A DNA stretch of 64,000 nucleotides from an uncultured delta proteobacterium. GTDB taxonomy: Bacteria; Desulfobacterota; WTBG01. The stretch covers positions 128,001-192,000 of the forward strand of contig CAWCBP010000006.1 of assembly GCA_963793865.1 (NCBI GenBank), written 5' to 3'. Within the stretch, counting starts at the first letter, position 1. Each line of letters opens with the position of its first letter. The notes under the pieces were generated by a model, which searched no databases, was not told where the DNA came from, and saw only the letters and a program-made list of their open reading frames with translations. A program made the translations under genes and the position numbers. Below, piece by piece: positions 10,281 to 18,869 of the stretch.

Positions 10281-12698
10281 ATGAAAAAACTAATTCTACT
10301 GTTGCTCGCTGTCTTTTCAACCATCTGCTTCGGTTCAATGCCTGTCATGAGTCTTGAGATATCGGATGTGACCGTAACCGCAGATCCTTCGATTGCGGTA
10401 AAATTTACCCGCCACACCATAACCGGTATCAGTACACCCGTGCCGGTTGTCCCCGACGTTCCCGGTTTTATCGGCGCTTCATACATCACCATCGGGGACA
10501 TCGATGGTGATTCTGTGAAGGAAGTTATCTGTACTTCAGGGGTAGGGCTTGACGGCGACGGCATGACTGATGGAGACGGGGCAGTTGCCGTGTTTACATG
10601 GGATGGCAGTGATATCGACACCTGGACGCAATCCATCATTAACTCCACCTTCTCCTTTCCTAATGAGACACTGCTTCGTGACATGGATGGGGATGGTGAC
10701 CTTGACATCATGGTTATGGACAACTTTATTGCCGGCTGGTGGACCTGCGGTCTTGCGGGTATTTACTATCTGGAAAACCAGGGCGGAGATATTACCCTTC
10801 CTTCCAACTGGGTAAAGCAGACCATTTTCCAGGGAGTTATTGACGGTACATGCCCCTGCAGTCCAACCGGGGGAGGAACCTGTTCAAACGGTCTTGACAG
10901 CTACCACCGGGCAATATTTCTTGATGTTGACGGCGACGGGCTGCAGGACTTTGTGACTGCCCGGGTCCACATGTGGTTTTGGCAGTGGACTACCAATCAG
11001 TATGTGTGGACGGAATGGTTTGAAAAAGAGGGCGACGTTCCTCCCGGCGATCCCAGTTATGATCCGACTGCCTATACCCGCCACGAGATTGGCGATGGCT
11101 CCGGGTTTCTTTTCAATATGACGGATGTTGACGGGGATGGGGACCAGGATGTGTTGGGACCGCAGTTTTTCATTCAAAATTCCGGAACCCTGGTGGTCAA
11201 GGGTGCGCCTGATGGCAGTAACCCGAGGGGTGACTCTTTTGTGTGGTTTGAAAACCCCGGGACGGGTGGCGATGTTTTTAGTGAATGGCCTCGCTATACC
11301 ATCGATAACTGGTACACCTCTCCCAATGCCATGGGTAAGGGCATGGATGTTGTCACGGCAGATATAGACAACGATACTGAGCAGGAATTGATTTTCAGCA
11401 ATCACAACCATCAAAATTACAAGCCTGACAATACCTTTCAAGCGCGTATCTGGCCATCCGGCATCTATCTTCTGGAGATTCCGTCGGATCCTACCGTTAC
11501 AGCAAACTGGTCCCCTGTGACCATTGATTCCGGCGATCCCGATCTTAACCCTTATAATGTACCGGCCGTAGCTGCTGATCCTTATGCCGTGGACCGTCCC
11601 GGAGGACCCTATAGTCAGGGTTCACCGGGTATGGGAAAGGCGGGCCATATCAATAGCGATGGCTATCCGGAACTGGTGGTTCCCGGTGACGGGAAAGGAA
11701 CCGTTTACTACTACCAGAGTGAAGGTGTAGCCGGTACCACCTTGCGTTTCAAAAGAGCCGCTCTCTATGTCGATCCCGCCTGCATGCCCGGTGAGGCGAA
11801 GTTTGATGATATAGACCAGGACGGCTATATGGACATCATCGCGGTCATATTTGATACCAGCGTGAACAAGGCCACGCCCGCGAAAGCCGGTTCGATTTTT
11901 ATCTTCAGGCAGAACCTGGATGTGGATGGAGACGGCATCTGCAATCCCGGCGACAGTGATCCGGCTTGCACCGGTTCAGACAACTGCCCGCTGGTCGCCA
12001 ATCCCGGGCAGGAAGATGCGGGAGACGGTGACGGTGTCGGCGATGCCTGTGACAATTGTCCCGTCGTCGCCAATCCCGACCAGGCGGACAATGACAGGGA
12101 CGGAACGGGTGATGTCTGTGACGCCGATGATGATAATGACGGGATAAACGATGTGAGTGACAACTGCCCGCTGGTTGCAAATGCAGGTCAGGAAGATGGA
12201 GATTCCGATGGGAAAGGGAATGTGTGCGATAACTGCCCTGCCGTGGCTAATGCTGACCAGGCGGACGCTGATGCGGACGCGGTAGGCGATGTCTGCGACA
12301 GCTGCCCCGATTTTGGCAATACCATCACACAGCAGGACACTGACGCAGATGGATTGGGCAATCTCTGTGACAACTGTTCCACCGTCGTGAATCCCGGGCA
12401 GGAAGACACCTATCCTCCAGCTGGAAATAACTGTGGCAACGCCTGCGAATGCGAGGGTGACTTCGATAATGATAGTGATCAGGATGGTACTGATGCATCA
12501 ACCTTCAAGCAGGATTTCGGCAGAAGTAAAATCAGCGGCAGTCCTTGTACCAGTGCAGTACCCTGCAATGGTGACTTTGAATGTGATGCTGATGTAGACG
12601 GAACGAATGCGTCAGCGTTCAAGACAGATTTTGGCAGAAGCAAAATTAGCGGCAACCCCTGTCCCATTTGTCCAGCAAATCCGTGGTGCAACTATTAA
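10281..12698 (+). CDS. Secreted FG-GAP/VCBS repeat protein with thrombospondin type-3 repeats and a duplicated dockerin-like C-terminus
   Basis: Signal peptide; several DxDGDGDxD motifs; DNCP.V.N..Q.D.D.DG.GD.CD repeats; two C.GDF..D.D.DGT.AS.FK.DFGRSKISG.PC repeats. Confidence 0.85.
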   Translation: MKKLILLLLAVFSTICFGSMPVMSLEISDVTVTADPSIAVKFTRHTITGISTPVPVVPDVPGFIGASYITIGDIDGDSVKEVICTSGVGLDGDGMTDGDGAVAVFTWDGSDIDTWTQSIINSTFSFPNETLLRDMDGDGDLDIMVMDNFIAGWWTCGLAGIYYLENQGGDITLPSNWVKQTIFQGVIDGTCPCSPTGGGTCSNGLDSYHRAIFLDVDGDGLQDFVTARVHMWFWQWTTNQYVWTEWFEKEGDVPPGDPSYDPTAYTRHEIGDGSGFLFNMTDVDGDGDQDVLGPQFFIQNSGTLVVKGAPDGSNPRGDSFVWFENPGTGGDVFSEWPRYTIDNWYTSPNAMGKGMDVVTADIDNDTEQELIFSNHNHQNYKPDNTFQARIWPSGIYLLEIPSDPTVTANWSPVTIDSGDPDLNPYNVPAVAADPYAVDRPGGPYSQGSPGMGKAGHINSDGYPELVVPGDGKGTVYYYQSEGVAGTTLRFKRAALYVDPACMPGEAKFDDIDQDGYMDIIAVIFDTSVNKATPAKAGSIFIFRQNLDVDGDGICNPGDSDPACTGSDNCPLVANPGQEDAGDGDGVGDACDNCPVVANPDQADNDRDGTGDVCDADDDNDGINDVSDNCPLVANAGQEDGDSDGKGNVCDNCPAVANADQADADADAVGDVCDSCPDFGNTITQQDTDADGLGNLCDNCSTVVNPGQEDTYPPAGNNCGNACECEGDFDNDSDQDGTDASTFKQDFGRSKISGSPCTSAVPCNGDFECDADVDGTNASAFKTDFGRSKISGNPCPICPANPWCNY

Positions 12699-12738
12699 TG
12701 CCATACGCAAGGTCTTTGTGGCGTTGAGAAAATGAAAC

Positions 12739-12785
12739 GGCGAAGCGCTCCTGCTTCACGGCGTGAAGCAGGAGGCTGCTTCGCC
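12739..12785 (+). terminator. Strong hairpin (terminator or mRNA stabiliser)
   Basis: Perfect 12-bp stem CTCCTGCTTCAC/GTGAAGCAGGAG extended by GGCGAAGC/GCTTCGCC; weak U tail. Confidence 0.5.
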
Positions 12786-12825
12786 ATTGTTTATCACGGG
12801 TGCTTTTTTCAAAGGAGAGGCGATC

Positions 12826-13527
12826 ATGGGTGAAAAGGATTTTTTGGCACAGATCAGAAAGAACCTGGGGCAGATGGCGCTGAAAGAAGTAGCCATTGAC
12901 GAGTCGATGAAGAAAATTGAGGCTGAAGGGGGCGCCATAGACCTTTCTCTCCTTAAGGTTGAAAAAATAGAGAAACTTACTTTATCCACCATTACACTGC
13001 ATGAAGCATCAGTTTCTGAGGCGTCCATCCTGGCATGGCCTGAAGACGGCTACAACCTGCCACTCTTCTGGTGCAACCTCACCCGGATGCCGGGAATGAA
13101 CATCTTTATTAATGATTTTACTCCGCTCACGGATATTGTGATGTATCCCCAGTATGGAGAACGATATCTCGATGATCTCATGTCGGCAAAAAGCACTGCC
13201 GCGGAAACCCTTAAAGAAGGAATGGTGGATAAATCCTTTACCCTGTCTACCAAAACCGTTTGGGCACTTTCTCCCCACTATACCGTTTTCTCCCTGACGG
13301 ATGAGATGATACCCAAGCTCGGTCCAGTAATTGAAGAGTATTGCAAGCTCTACATTAAGCTGTGGGAGGAAGCAGTCAGGATTGAGAATAGCGAGGAGCG
13401 GCAATTCTCCCAAAAGAAAAAAGCGGCAGTCCGTAAAATGATGAAGGAAAATGATCCCGGATATTACTTCATGGTGAATATTTTCGGCCAGGACATGACC
13501 ACCAAAGTGTTTGACTTTATCTTTTAG
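12826..13527 (+). CDS. Ferredoxin-dependent bilin reductase / red chlorophyll catabolite reductase-like protein
   Basis: WPEDGYNLPLF, DFTPLTDIVMYPQY..RY, ALSP, ENDPG..IFG..KVFDFIF resemble FDBR/RCCR segments; RBS AAGGAG. Confidence 0.6.
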   Translation: MGEKDFLAQIRKNLGQMALKEVAIDESMKKIEAEGGAIDLSLLKVEKIEKLTLSTITLHEASVSEASILAWPEDGYNLPLFWCNLTRMPGMNIFINDFTPLTDIVMYPQYGERYLDDLMSAKSTAAETLKEGMVDKSFTLSTKTVWALSPHYTVFSLTDEMIPKLGPVIEEYCKLYIKLWEEAVRIENSEERQFSQKKKAAVRKMMKENDPGYYFMVNIFGQDMTTKVFDFIF

Positions 13528-13579
13528 GCTCTTACGCACATCTGTCTAAGAACTTAAATCCCAGAAATTTTGACATCCG

Positions 13580-13629
13580 GTAGGAGCGGCTTTGAGCCGC
13601 GATAGCATGGAACATGATTTCGCTCCTAC
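13580..13629. repeat. REP-like element, GTAG type B
   Basis: GTAGGAGCGGCTTTGAGCCGCGA...CGCTCCTAC; copies at 14509, 15532, 54047. Confidence 0.8.
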
Positions 13630-13685
13630 CAAAATTGCTAATATCTCTGGATTGCCTTTACCATGTGACGCGGAGAGATGTTGTG

Positions 13686-14441
13686 ATGGTGAAAACCAAT
13701 CTTCCTTATCCCAAGGATGAATACGTCAATCTGCTTAAGGATTTTTATGCCGGGATTAATGGCGACGACTCCTTTGATCAGGTCAGGGAGTGGCAGGCCG
13801 ATAAGTGGTCAGCAACGGTCCACTGCTCCCGGGGAAAGATACTGGAAAAAGCGGGTTTCTCCCGTATGCACCTTGTCGGCGGGATGGTCAATGACAGTCC
13901 CGCTGACCTAAGCCTCTTTGAGACACTTGTCTATCCTGCCAATCCGAAGGTGCCGGGATTCATCATCATGACCAATATGAATGCCTCGGAAGCCATGGGT
14001 CCCATCCTGGTGCTCTACCTTGATCTCATTGTGCAGGACGGTAAGCCCCACGAGCGGGAAAAGAAACTGTTTGCAGATGCCGTGAAAAGCATCTGTGAAA
14101 AACACGGGCAAGATGCTGAAGAGTATAAAGCAATGATGGCCGGTGGAAGACTGCTCGGCGGCAATGCGGCGCAATGCGGCTTGCTCAACTTTTTTGAGGA
14201 AAAGGATATTCCGCTCCTTGAAGGTCTGATTAAAGGGATACTGCCGGCCTATAAAACTATTGTTGAGAATACAAACGGTGCACAACCCCAAAAAGAAGAC
14301 TATGAGATGATGAACAAATCCCGGGCACGTATGATTGAGTGGATCATACTCGAGGACTACGGCACCAAGGTGGCCCGGGAAAACGGCATAGCATCCGAGG
14401 CTATTGAAGCCTACGGTTTCCCGCCGGTGATACGCTACTAA
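13686..14441 (+). CDS. Divergent HemF (coproporphyrinogen III oxidase)-like protein
   Basis: GKILEKAG, YPANPKVP, RARMIEWIILEDYGT, FPPVIRY parallel HemF G.VFEKAG, HP.NP.VP, RGRYVEFNL.YDRGT, LPP.VRW. Confidence 0.6.
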   Translation: MVKTNLPYPKDEYVNLLKDFYAGINGDDSFDQVREWQADKWSATVHCSRGKILEKAGFSRMHLVGGMVNDSPADLSLFETLVYPANPKVPGFIIMTNMNASEAMGPILVLYLDLIVQDGKPHEREKKLFADAVKSICEKHGQDAEEYKAMMAGGRLLGGNAAQCGLLNFFEEKDIPLLEGLIKGILPAYKTIVENTNGAQPQKEDYEMMNKSRARMIEWIILEDYGTKVARENGIASEAIEAYGFPPVIRY

Positions 14442-14508
14442 TCCGGGCTATGATAGCTTCTTACAGGCTCAAATCTGAGAAATTTTGTCTCAGAAACATT
14501 GATGACCG

Positions 14509-14558
14509 GTAGGAGTGGCTTTCAGCCGCGAATGTATCGCGCATGAATGCGCTCCTAC
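14509..14558. repeat. REP-like element, GTAG type B
   Basis: GTAGGAGTGGCTTTCAGCCGCGAATG..GCGCTCCTAC. Confidence 0.85.
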
Positions 14559-14603
14559 CGAAATTTCAAATATATTTTGCCAGAATGAAGCAATGGAGCC
14601 CAC

Positions 14604-15455
14604 ATGCAACTCCATGACCTGAAGTCGCTTATCGTCTATTCTTCGCCTGCAGGCACCACCCGGCATGTAGCCTTGGTTATAGCAGCTGCACTCAAGGCAA
14701 TAGGATCAGATGCGACTTTGTTAGATCTGGGAAAAAGAGAGGACTCTTCTAAGGTGGACGGGTACATTGGAGATCTGGAAAGCAACTGCTGTTTCTGGAT
14801 TGGAACGCCTGTCTATGCGGGGCATGCAGTTCCTTCCATCAGCAGTTTTCTTGACCGCCTTCCTGAAAGCACGGGAAGCTATGCAGTGCCCTTTGTTACC
14901 TGGGGGGCGGTTACAAGCGGTGTAGCCCTCTACGAAATGGGAAAGACGCTTCAAGAAAAAGGTTACATCCTATTGGGCGCGGCTAAAATAGGAGCTGTTC
15001 ATTCCATGATGTGGCAATCCAATATCCCCCTGGGTGTCGGCCATCCTGATGCCCAGGATGACCGTATGATTGAAGGACTTGTTGCAGCAGTTGACGCTAA
15101 ATTGCGTGGCGGAGTTGCTCCATCACTGCCTCTGGAAAAATTGAATTACCAGCCCATGGAAGTTCAGAAATGGCTGCAAAATGTGAACATTGAGTCGGCA
15201 AAAAAGATGCTTCCTTCGCTTAAGCTGATTGAAGAGAAGTGCACCCGGTGTGCGATCTGTGAGCAAGAATGTCCTGCCGCTGCTATCACGCTGGATCCAT
15301 ACCCCCGTTTTGGAAGCTCCTGTTTCCTGTGTTACAATTGCTACCGTTTATGTGAAGAGGGCGCCATTGCCTGTGACCTGTCCCCCATAGAAAATATGCT
15401 TAAAGGGAAGGCAGCCCAAAACCCGGAACGCCCGCTGACACAGGTGTTTGTCTGA
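14604..15455 (+). CDS. Flavodoxin-ferredoxin fusion (EFR1-like)
   Basis: YSSPAGTT, GTPVYA, CTRCAICEQECP, CFLCYNCYRLC. Confidence 0.85.
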   Translation: MQLHDLKSLIVYSSPAGTTRHVALVIAAALKAIGSDATLLDLGKREDSSKVDGYIGDLESNCCFWIGTPVYAGHAVPSISSFLDRLPESTGSYAVPFVTWGAVTSGVALYEMGKTLQEKGYILLGAAKIGAVHSMMWQSNIPLGVGHPDAQDDRMIEGLVAAVDAKLRGGVAPSLPLEKLNYQPMEVQKWLQNVNIESAKKMLPSLKLIEEKCTRCAICEQECPAAAITLDPYPRFGSSCFLCYNCYRLCEEGAIACDLSPIENMLKGKAAQNPERPLTQVFV

Positions 15456-15531
15456 AGGGCTGCAGTTTTACCTGCGGTTAGGTCCTTACCACAAAAATCT
15501 TAAATTTCCCTCGCAGCTATGTGGATGACCG

Positions 15532-15581
15532 GTAGGAGCGGCTTTCAGCCGCGAATGCATCGCGCCTGACGGCGCTCCTAC
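15532..15581. repeat. REP-like element, GTAG type B
   Basis: GTAGGAGCGGCTTTCAGCCGCGAATGCATCGCGCCTGACGGCGCTCCTAC. Confidence 0.85.
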
Positions 15582-15839
15582 CGAGATTATAAATATATTT
15601 GGCCATTCTTTCCTCCGCCTGAATTTCATCCAAGCATAGTTCCAACCATCCACGTCTTATAATTCTAAAACATCTTCCAAATCATTAAAATGCTTTGCAG
15701 GAAATAATATTGTGCTCTATTATGCTATAATTTCACGCGTGTATTAATGTGAAGGATTATTTTCTAATATTTATAAAGTTTAATTGCCGGCCTGCCGAAA
15801 TTAGATTCATTGACAGCAACCAAGATGGAGTAGATTGTT

Positions 15840-17081
15840 GTGATTTATAAAGCTGTGCTTGTTTTATTGTTGGTTCTGACGGTATTTTGCACCTCCGGTT
15901 ATACCGCTGGTTTTCTTGTGTATAATCAGGATGCCGCATCAGCAGGGATGGGTGATGCTTTCACGGCTATTGCGGATAATCCTTCTGCGGTGTTTTATAA
16001 CCCCGCTGGTATTAATCAATTGGAAGGGACACAAATCAGATCTGGTTTTCAGGTGATAATTCCAGATACTTCGTTCAGAGGCGCTGACAGTGGGGAAAAA
16101 ACCGATATGCATGATAAAATCTCCACTCCTGTAACGGGGTATATCACTCACAAGGTAAATGATAAGATTAGCGTGGGAGGTGGTATTTTTACACCTTTCG
16201 GACTCGTGACTGAATGGCCAAGTCGCTGGGAAGGGGATGGAGTATCAACCTCTTCAGCATTGAGAACCTTTTTTATCAATCCCGCCATCTCCATACAGGT
16301 GCATCCACGCCTTTCTCTTGCCGCAGGGATTAACTATGTGTACTCTGATTTTAAGATAAGGCGTTCAATTAATCTGGACCAAATAACCGGGATACCTATC
16401 GGGCTGCCTTTGGGGAAAATAACATTGGACGGTTTTGACGATTCCTGGGGGTTTAATCTGGGAATGCTGTTTCATATTAATGAGACCTGGAGCCTGGGTC
16501 TTGCATATCGAAGCAAAGTTCATCTTGAATTTGATGGGCACGCACATTATCGAATGGCCCCCGTATTACGTAAATTATTTCCACCCACGGATATATCTCC
16601 TCGCATAGAACTTCCGCCATTGGTTTCAGCACAGATAGCTGCTGAGTTTGGTGGAAAGTGGACTTTAGCAACCGGTATTTTGTGGACCGGATGGTCAGTC
16701 TACGATGAGCTTACGCCAAAATTTAGAAATGACTTTCTTATTCCACCCAGTATGAAATCATCGCTGCAGGATTGGAGGGATGTCATGACATTTCATCTGG
16801 GGGCTAGATATCAATTAAATCATGCTTGGATCCTTAGAGGTGGTTACATGTTTGATCAGACCCCAGTACCTGAGAGAACCCTTGGGCCCATGGTTCCTGA
16901 TGCAGATGGTCACCTTTTTAGCTTAGGGGTTGGATACCAATATGACAATATCACCATCGATATGGCTAGCATGGTGCTATTTTTTAAAGACCGGCATACT
17001 CGAAGAAATATTGATGGATTAAATGGCGAATATACTTCCACGACCGTTACCTTGCTTGTAAGTCTCACCTATCGTTTCTAA
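15840..17081 (+). CDS. FadL/OmpP1 family outer-membrane transporter
   Basis: Signal peptide, AGF..YNQ, DNPSAVFYNPAG, PFGL.TEW, terminal YRF. Confidence 0.9.
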   Translation: MIYKAVLVLLLVLTVFCTSGYTAGFLVYNQDAASAGMGDAFTAIADNPSAVFYNPAGINQLEGTQIRSGFQVIIPDTSFRGADSGEKTDMHDKISTPVTGYITHKVNDKISVGGGIFTPFGLVTEWPSRWEGDGVSTSSALRTFFINPAISIQVHPRLSLAAGINYVYSDFKIRRSINLDQITGIPIGLPLGKITLDGFDDSWGFNLGMLFHINETWSLGLAYRSKVHLEFDGHAHYRMAPVLRKLFPPTDISPRIELPPLVSAQIAAEFGGKWTLATGILWTGWSVYDELTPKFRNDFLIPPSMKSSLQDWRDVMTFHLGARYQLNHAWILRGGYMFDQTPVPERTLGPMVPDADGHLFSLGVGYQYDNITIDMASMVLFFKDRHTRRNIDGLNGEYTSTTVTLLVSLTYRF

Positions 17082-17257
17082 TCATAAGCATCTCTGTTTC
17101 AAAATCCCCATCAATTTTTTCATAAGGCTCAGCCGTACCCCCCCGCATATTGTTAAGCTAATCTTAAAACATGCTTTATAATGGGATAGATGCCTATATA
17201 TATTAAAATATGGCATTAGGTTTTTCCCATATATTATTACAATTACTGATTTTTTAT

Positions 17258-17285
17258 TTGACAAAAATTTTTTTATCCAGATAAT
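17258..17285 (+). promoter_or_regulatory. Putative sigma70 promoter of the AT-rich cassette
   Basis: TTGACA-N16-GATAAT ~55 nt before the small HTH gene; AT-rich background weakens the call. Confidence 0.45.
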
Positions 17286-17340
17286 ACCTTTAATAGGTCT
17301 TAGTGTAGTAATCTATGATTTATGTGCGGGGGATTTTCCA

Positions 17341-17535
17341 ATGGGATTTTCTACCAAAGTACTTCTTGAGAAGGTTGCGGTCTCTGAGGCCACATTAAGG
17401 AGATGGATTTTTGAAGCAAACCGTATACCGGAACTCGCTAATGTAAAAAGAGACTGGCGAGGATGGAGAATTTGGGAGGATAAGCATGTTGAAGCTATTA
17501 TGAATTATAAAAAGCACAAGATGAATGAAAGCTAG
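17341..17535 (+). CDS. Small MerR-type/excisionase-like HTH protein (64 aa)
   Basis: VAVSEATLRRW helix and RDWRGWRIW wing; no effector domain. Confidence 0.7.
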   Translation: MGFSTKVLLEKVAVSEATLRRWIFEANRIPELANVKRDWRGWRIWEDKHVEAIMNYKKHKMNES

Positions 17536-17599
17536 AAATCATGATAGCATCTTTTAAATTCCTTTGATTCTGCTATCAATTGTTTTCGAAAGGGATACC

Positions 17600-18850
17600 A
17601 TGAAAAGAAGAGTCGTTATTACGGGTTTAGGGGTAATAGCATCTAACGGCATTGGAATAGATGCATTTTGGAGCTCTTTGAAGGAAGGCAAATCAGGCAT
17701 ATCTAAAATCAGCAAGTTTGATGCTTCGACATATTCCTGCCAAGTTGCCGGTGAGGTGAATAATTTTGAGCCGACTGACTACATGGATCCAAAAACTGCC
17801 AGACGTATGGATAGGTTTTCTCAATTTTCTCTTTCCTGTGTGAGAATGGCTATTGCAGATGCGAAAATAGATATGAATAAGATCGATTGTACAAAAACAG
17901 GAATTGTATCTGGCTCCGCTCTTGGTGGTTTACCTTATGCGGAATTTCAGCATGCGCTATTTTTAGAAAAAGGTTTAAAAAAAGTGGATCCTTTATTGGC
18001 AACAAAATTGTTTCCTGGTGAAGCTGCCTCACACATTTCAATTGAATTTAATATCAAAGGTCCGGTCTATACTGTATCAACTGCATGTGTGTCTGGTATT
18101 GATGCTATCGGGTTGGGTTTTTCACTAATTCAAAACGATACAATAGATATAGCTATTGTAGGAGGGGCAGAAGCACCGATAGCTCCTATGACTTTTGGTG
18201 CTTTTTGTAATGTAGGAGCATTGACTAGTGCAAACCAGAGTCCTCAAAAGGCTTGTAAACCATTTGATATTGAAAGAGATGGTTTTATCATGAGTGAAGG
18301 CGGAGGATATTTAATCATTGAAGAGATAGGTCATGCCTCAAGAAGAAATGCCCCGATTTATGCTGAATTGCTCGGGTATGGTGCTACTTCCGATGCATAC
18401 CATATGACCAGAAGTAGTCCCGATGGGGCTGAAGCGATAAGGGCCCTTAATGACGCAATGAGACAAGCTAATTTAGATTCCTCATCAATAGAATATATTA
18501 ATGCTCACGGATCGTCTACCCCACTGAATGATACTATGGAAACAATTATAATAAAAAAGGTTTTTAATGACTATGCTTATAAACTGCCAATCAGTTCTAC
18601 TAAGTCAATGACTGGCCATTCCCTCGGTGCAGCAGGTGCAATTGAAGTAATTGCATCTGTTTTAACTATGAAGCATAGGTTTATCCCACCTACGATTAAC
18701 TATATGCATCCAGATCCAGAATGCGATTTGGATTATGTGCCAAATAAAGGTATAGATAAACACGTGCGAACAATATTATCAAATTCGTTCGCTTTTGGTG
18801 CAAGAAATGCTGCAATAATAATAGGCGATCATAATGGCAATGGATATTAA
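17600..18850 (+). CDS. fabF: Beta-ketoacyl synthase II-like ketosynthase (second, AT-rich copy)
   Basis: RRVVITGLG, VSTACVSG (Cys), NAHGSST and KSMTGHSLGAAG (His, His). Confidence 0.9.
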   Translation: MKRRVVITGLGVIASNGIGIDAFWSSLKEGKSGISKISKFDASTYSCQVAGEVNNFEPTDYMDPKTARRMDRFSQFSLSCVRMAIADAKIDMNKIDCTKTGIVSGSALGGLPYAEFQHALFLEKGLKKVDPLLATKLFPGEAASHISIEFNIKGPVYTVSTACVSGIDAIGLGFSLIQNDTIDIAIVGGAEAPIAPMTFGAFCNVGALTSANQSPQKACKPFDIERDGFIMSEGGGYLIIEEIGHASRRNAPIYAELLGYGATSDAYHMTRSSPDGAEAIRALNDAMRQANLDSSSIEYINAHGSSTPLNDTMETIIIKKVFNDYAYKLPISSTKSMTGHSLGAAGAIEVIASVLTMKHRFIPPTINYMHPDPECDLDYVPNKGIDKHVRTILSNSFAFGARNAAIIIGDHNGNGY

Positions 18851-18869
18851 ATAAGAACTTGGGGAAAAT

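Noticed and set aside
11905..12662. CRISPR array or DNA tandem repeat
   Set aside because: Repeats are in frame, vary at synonymous sites and encode TSP3/dockerin-like motifs.
13614..13685. N-terminal extension of the HemF-like ORF
   Set aside because: It starts inside a REP element; ATG 13686 has a better RBS.
13686..14441. Calling this gene hemF
   Set aside because: Too divergent, missing conserved HemF segments and not near other hem genes; kept as HemF-like only.
17600..18850. Type II aromatic PKS
   Set aside because: VSTACVSGIDA recalls KS-alpha, but no chain-length factor, ACP or cyclase is in the cassette.
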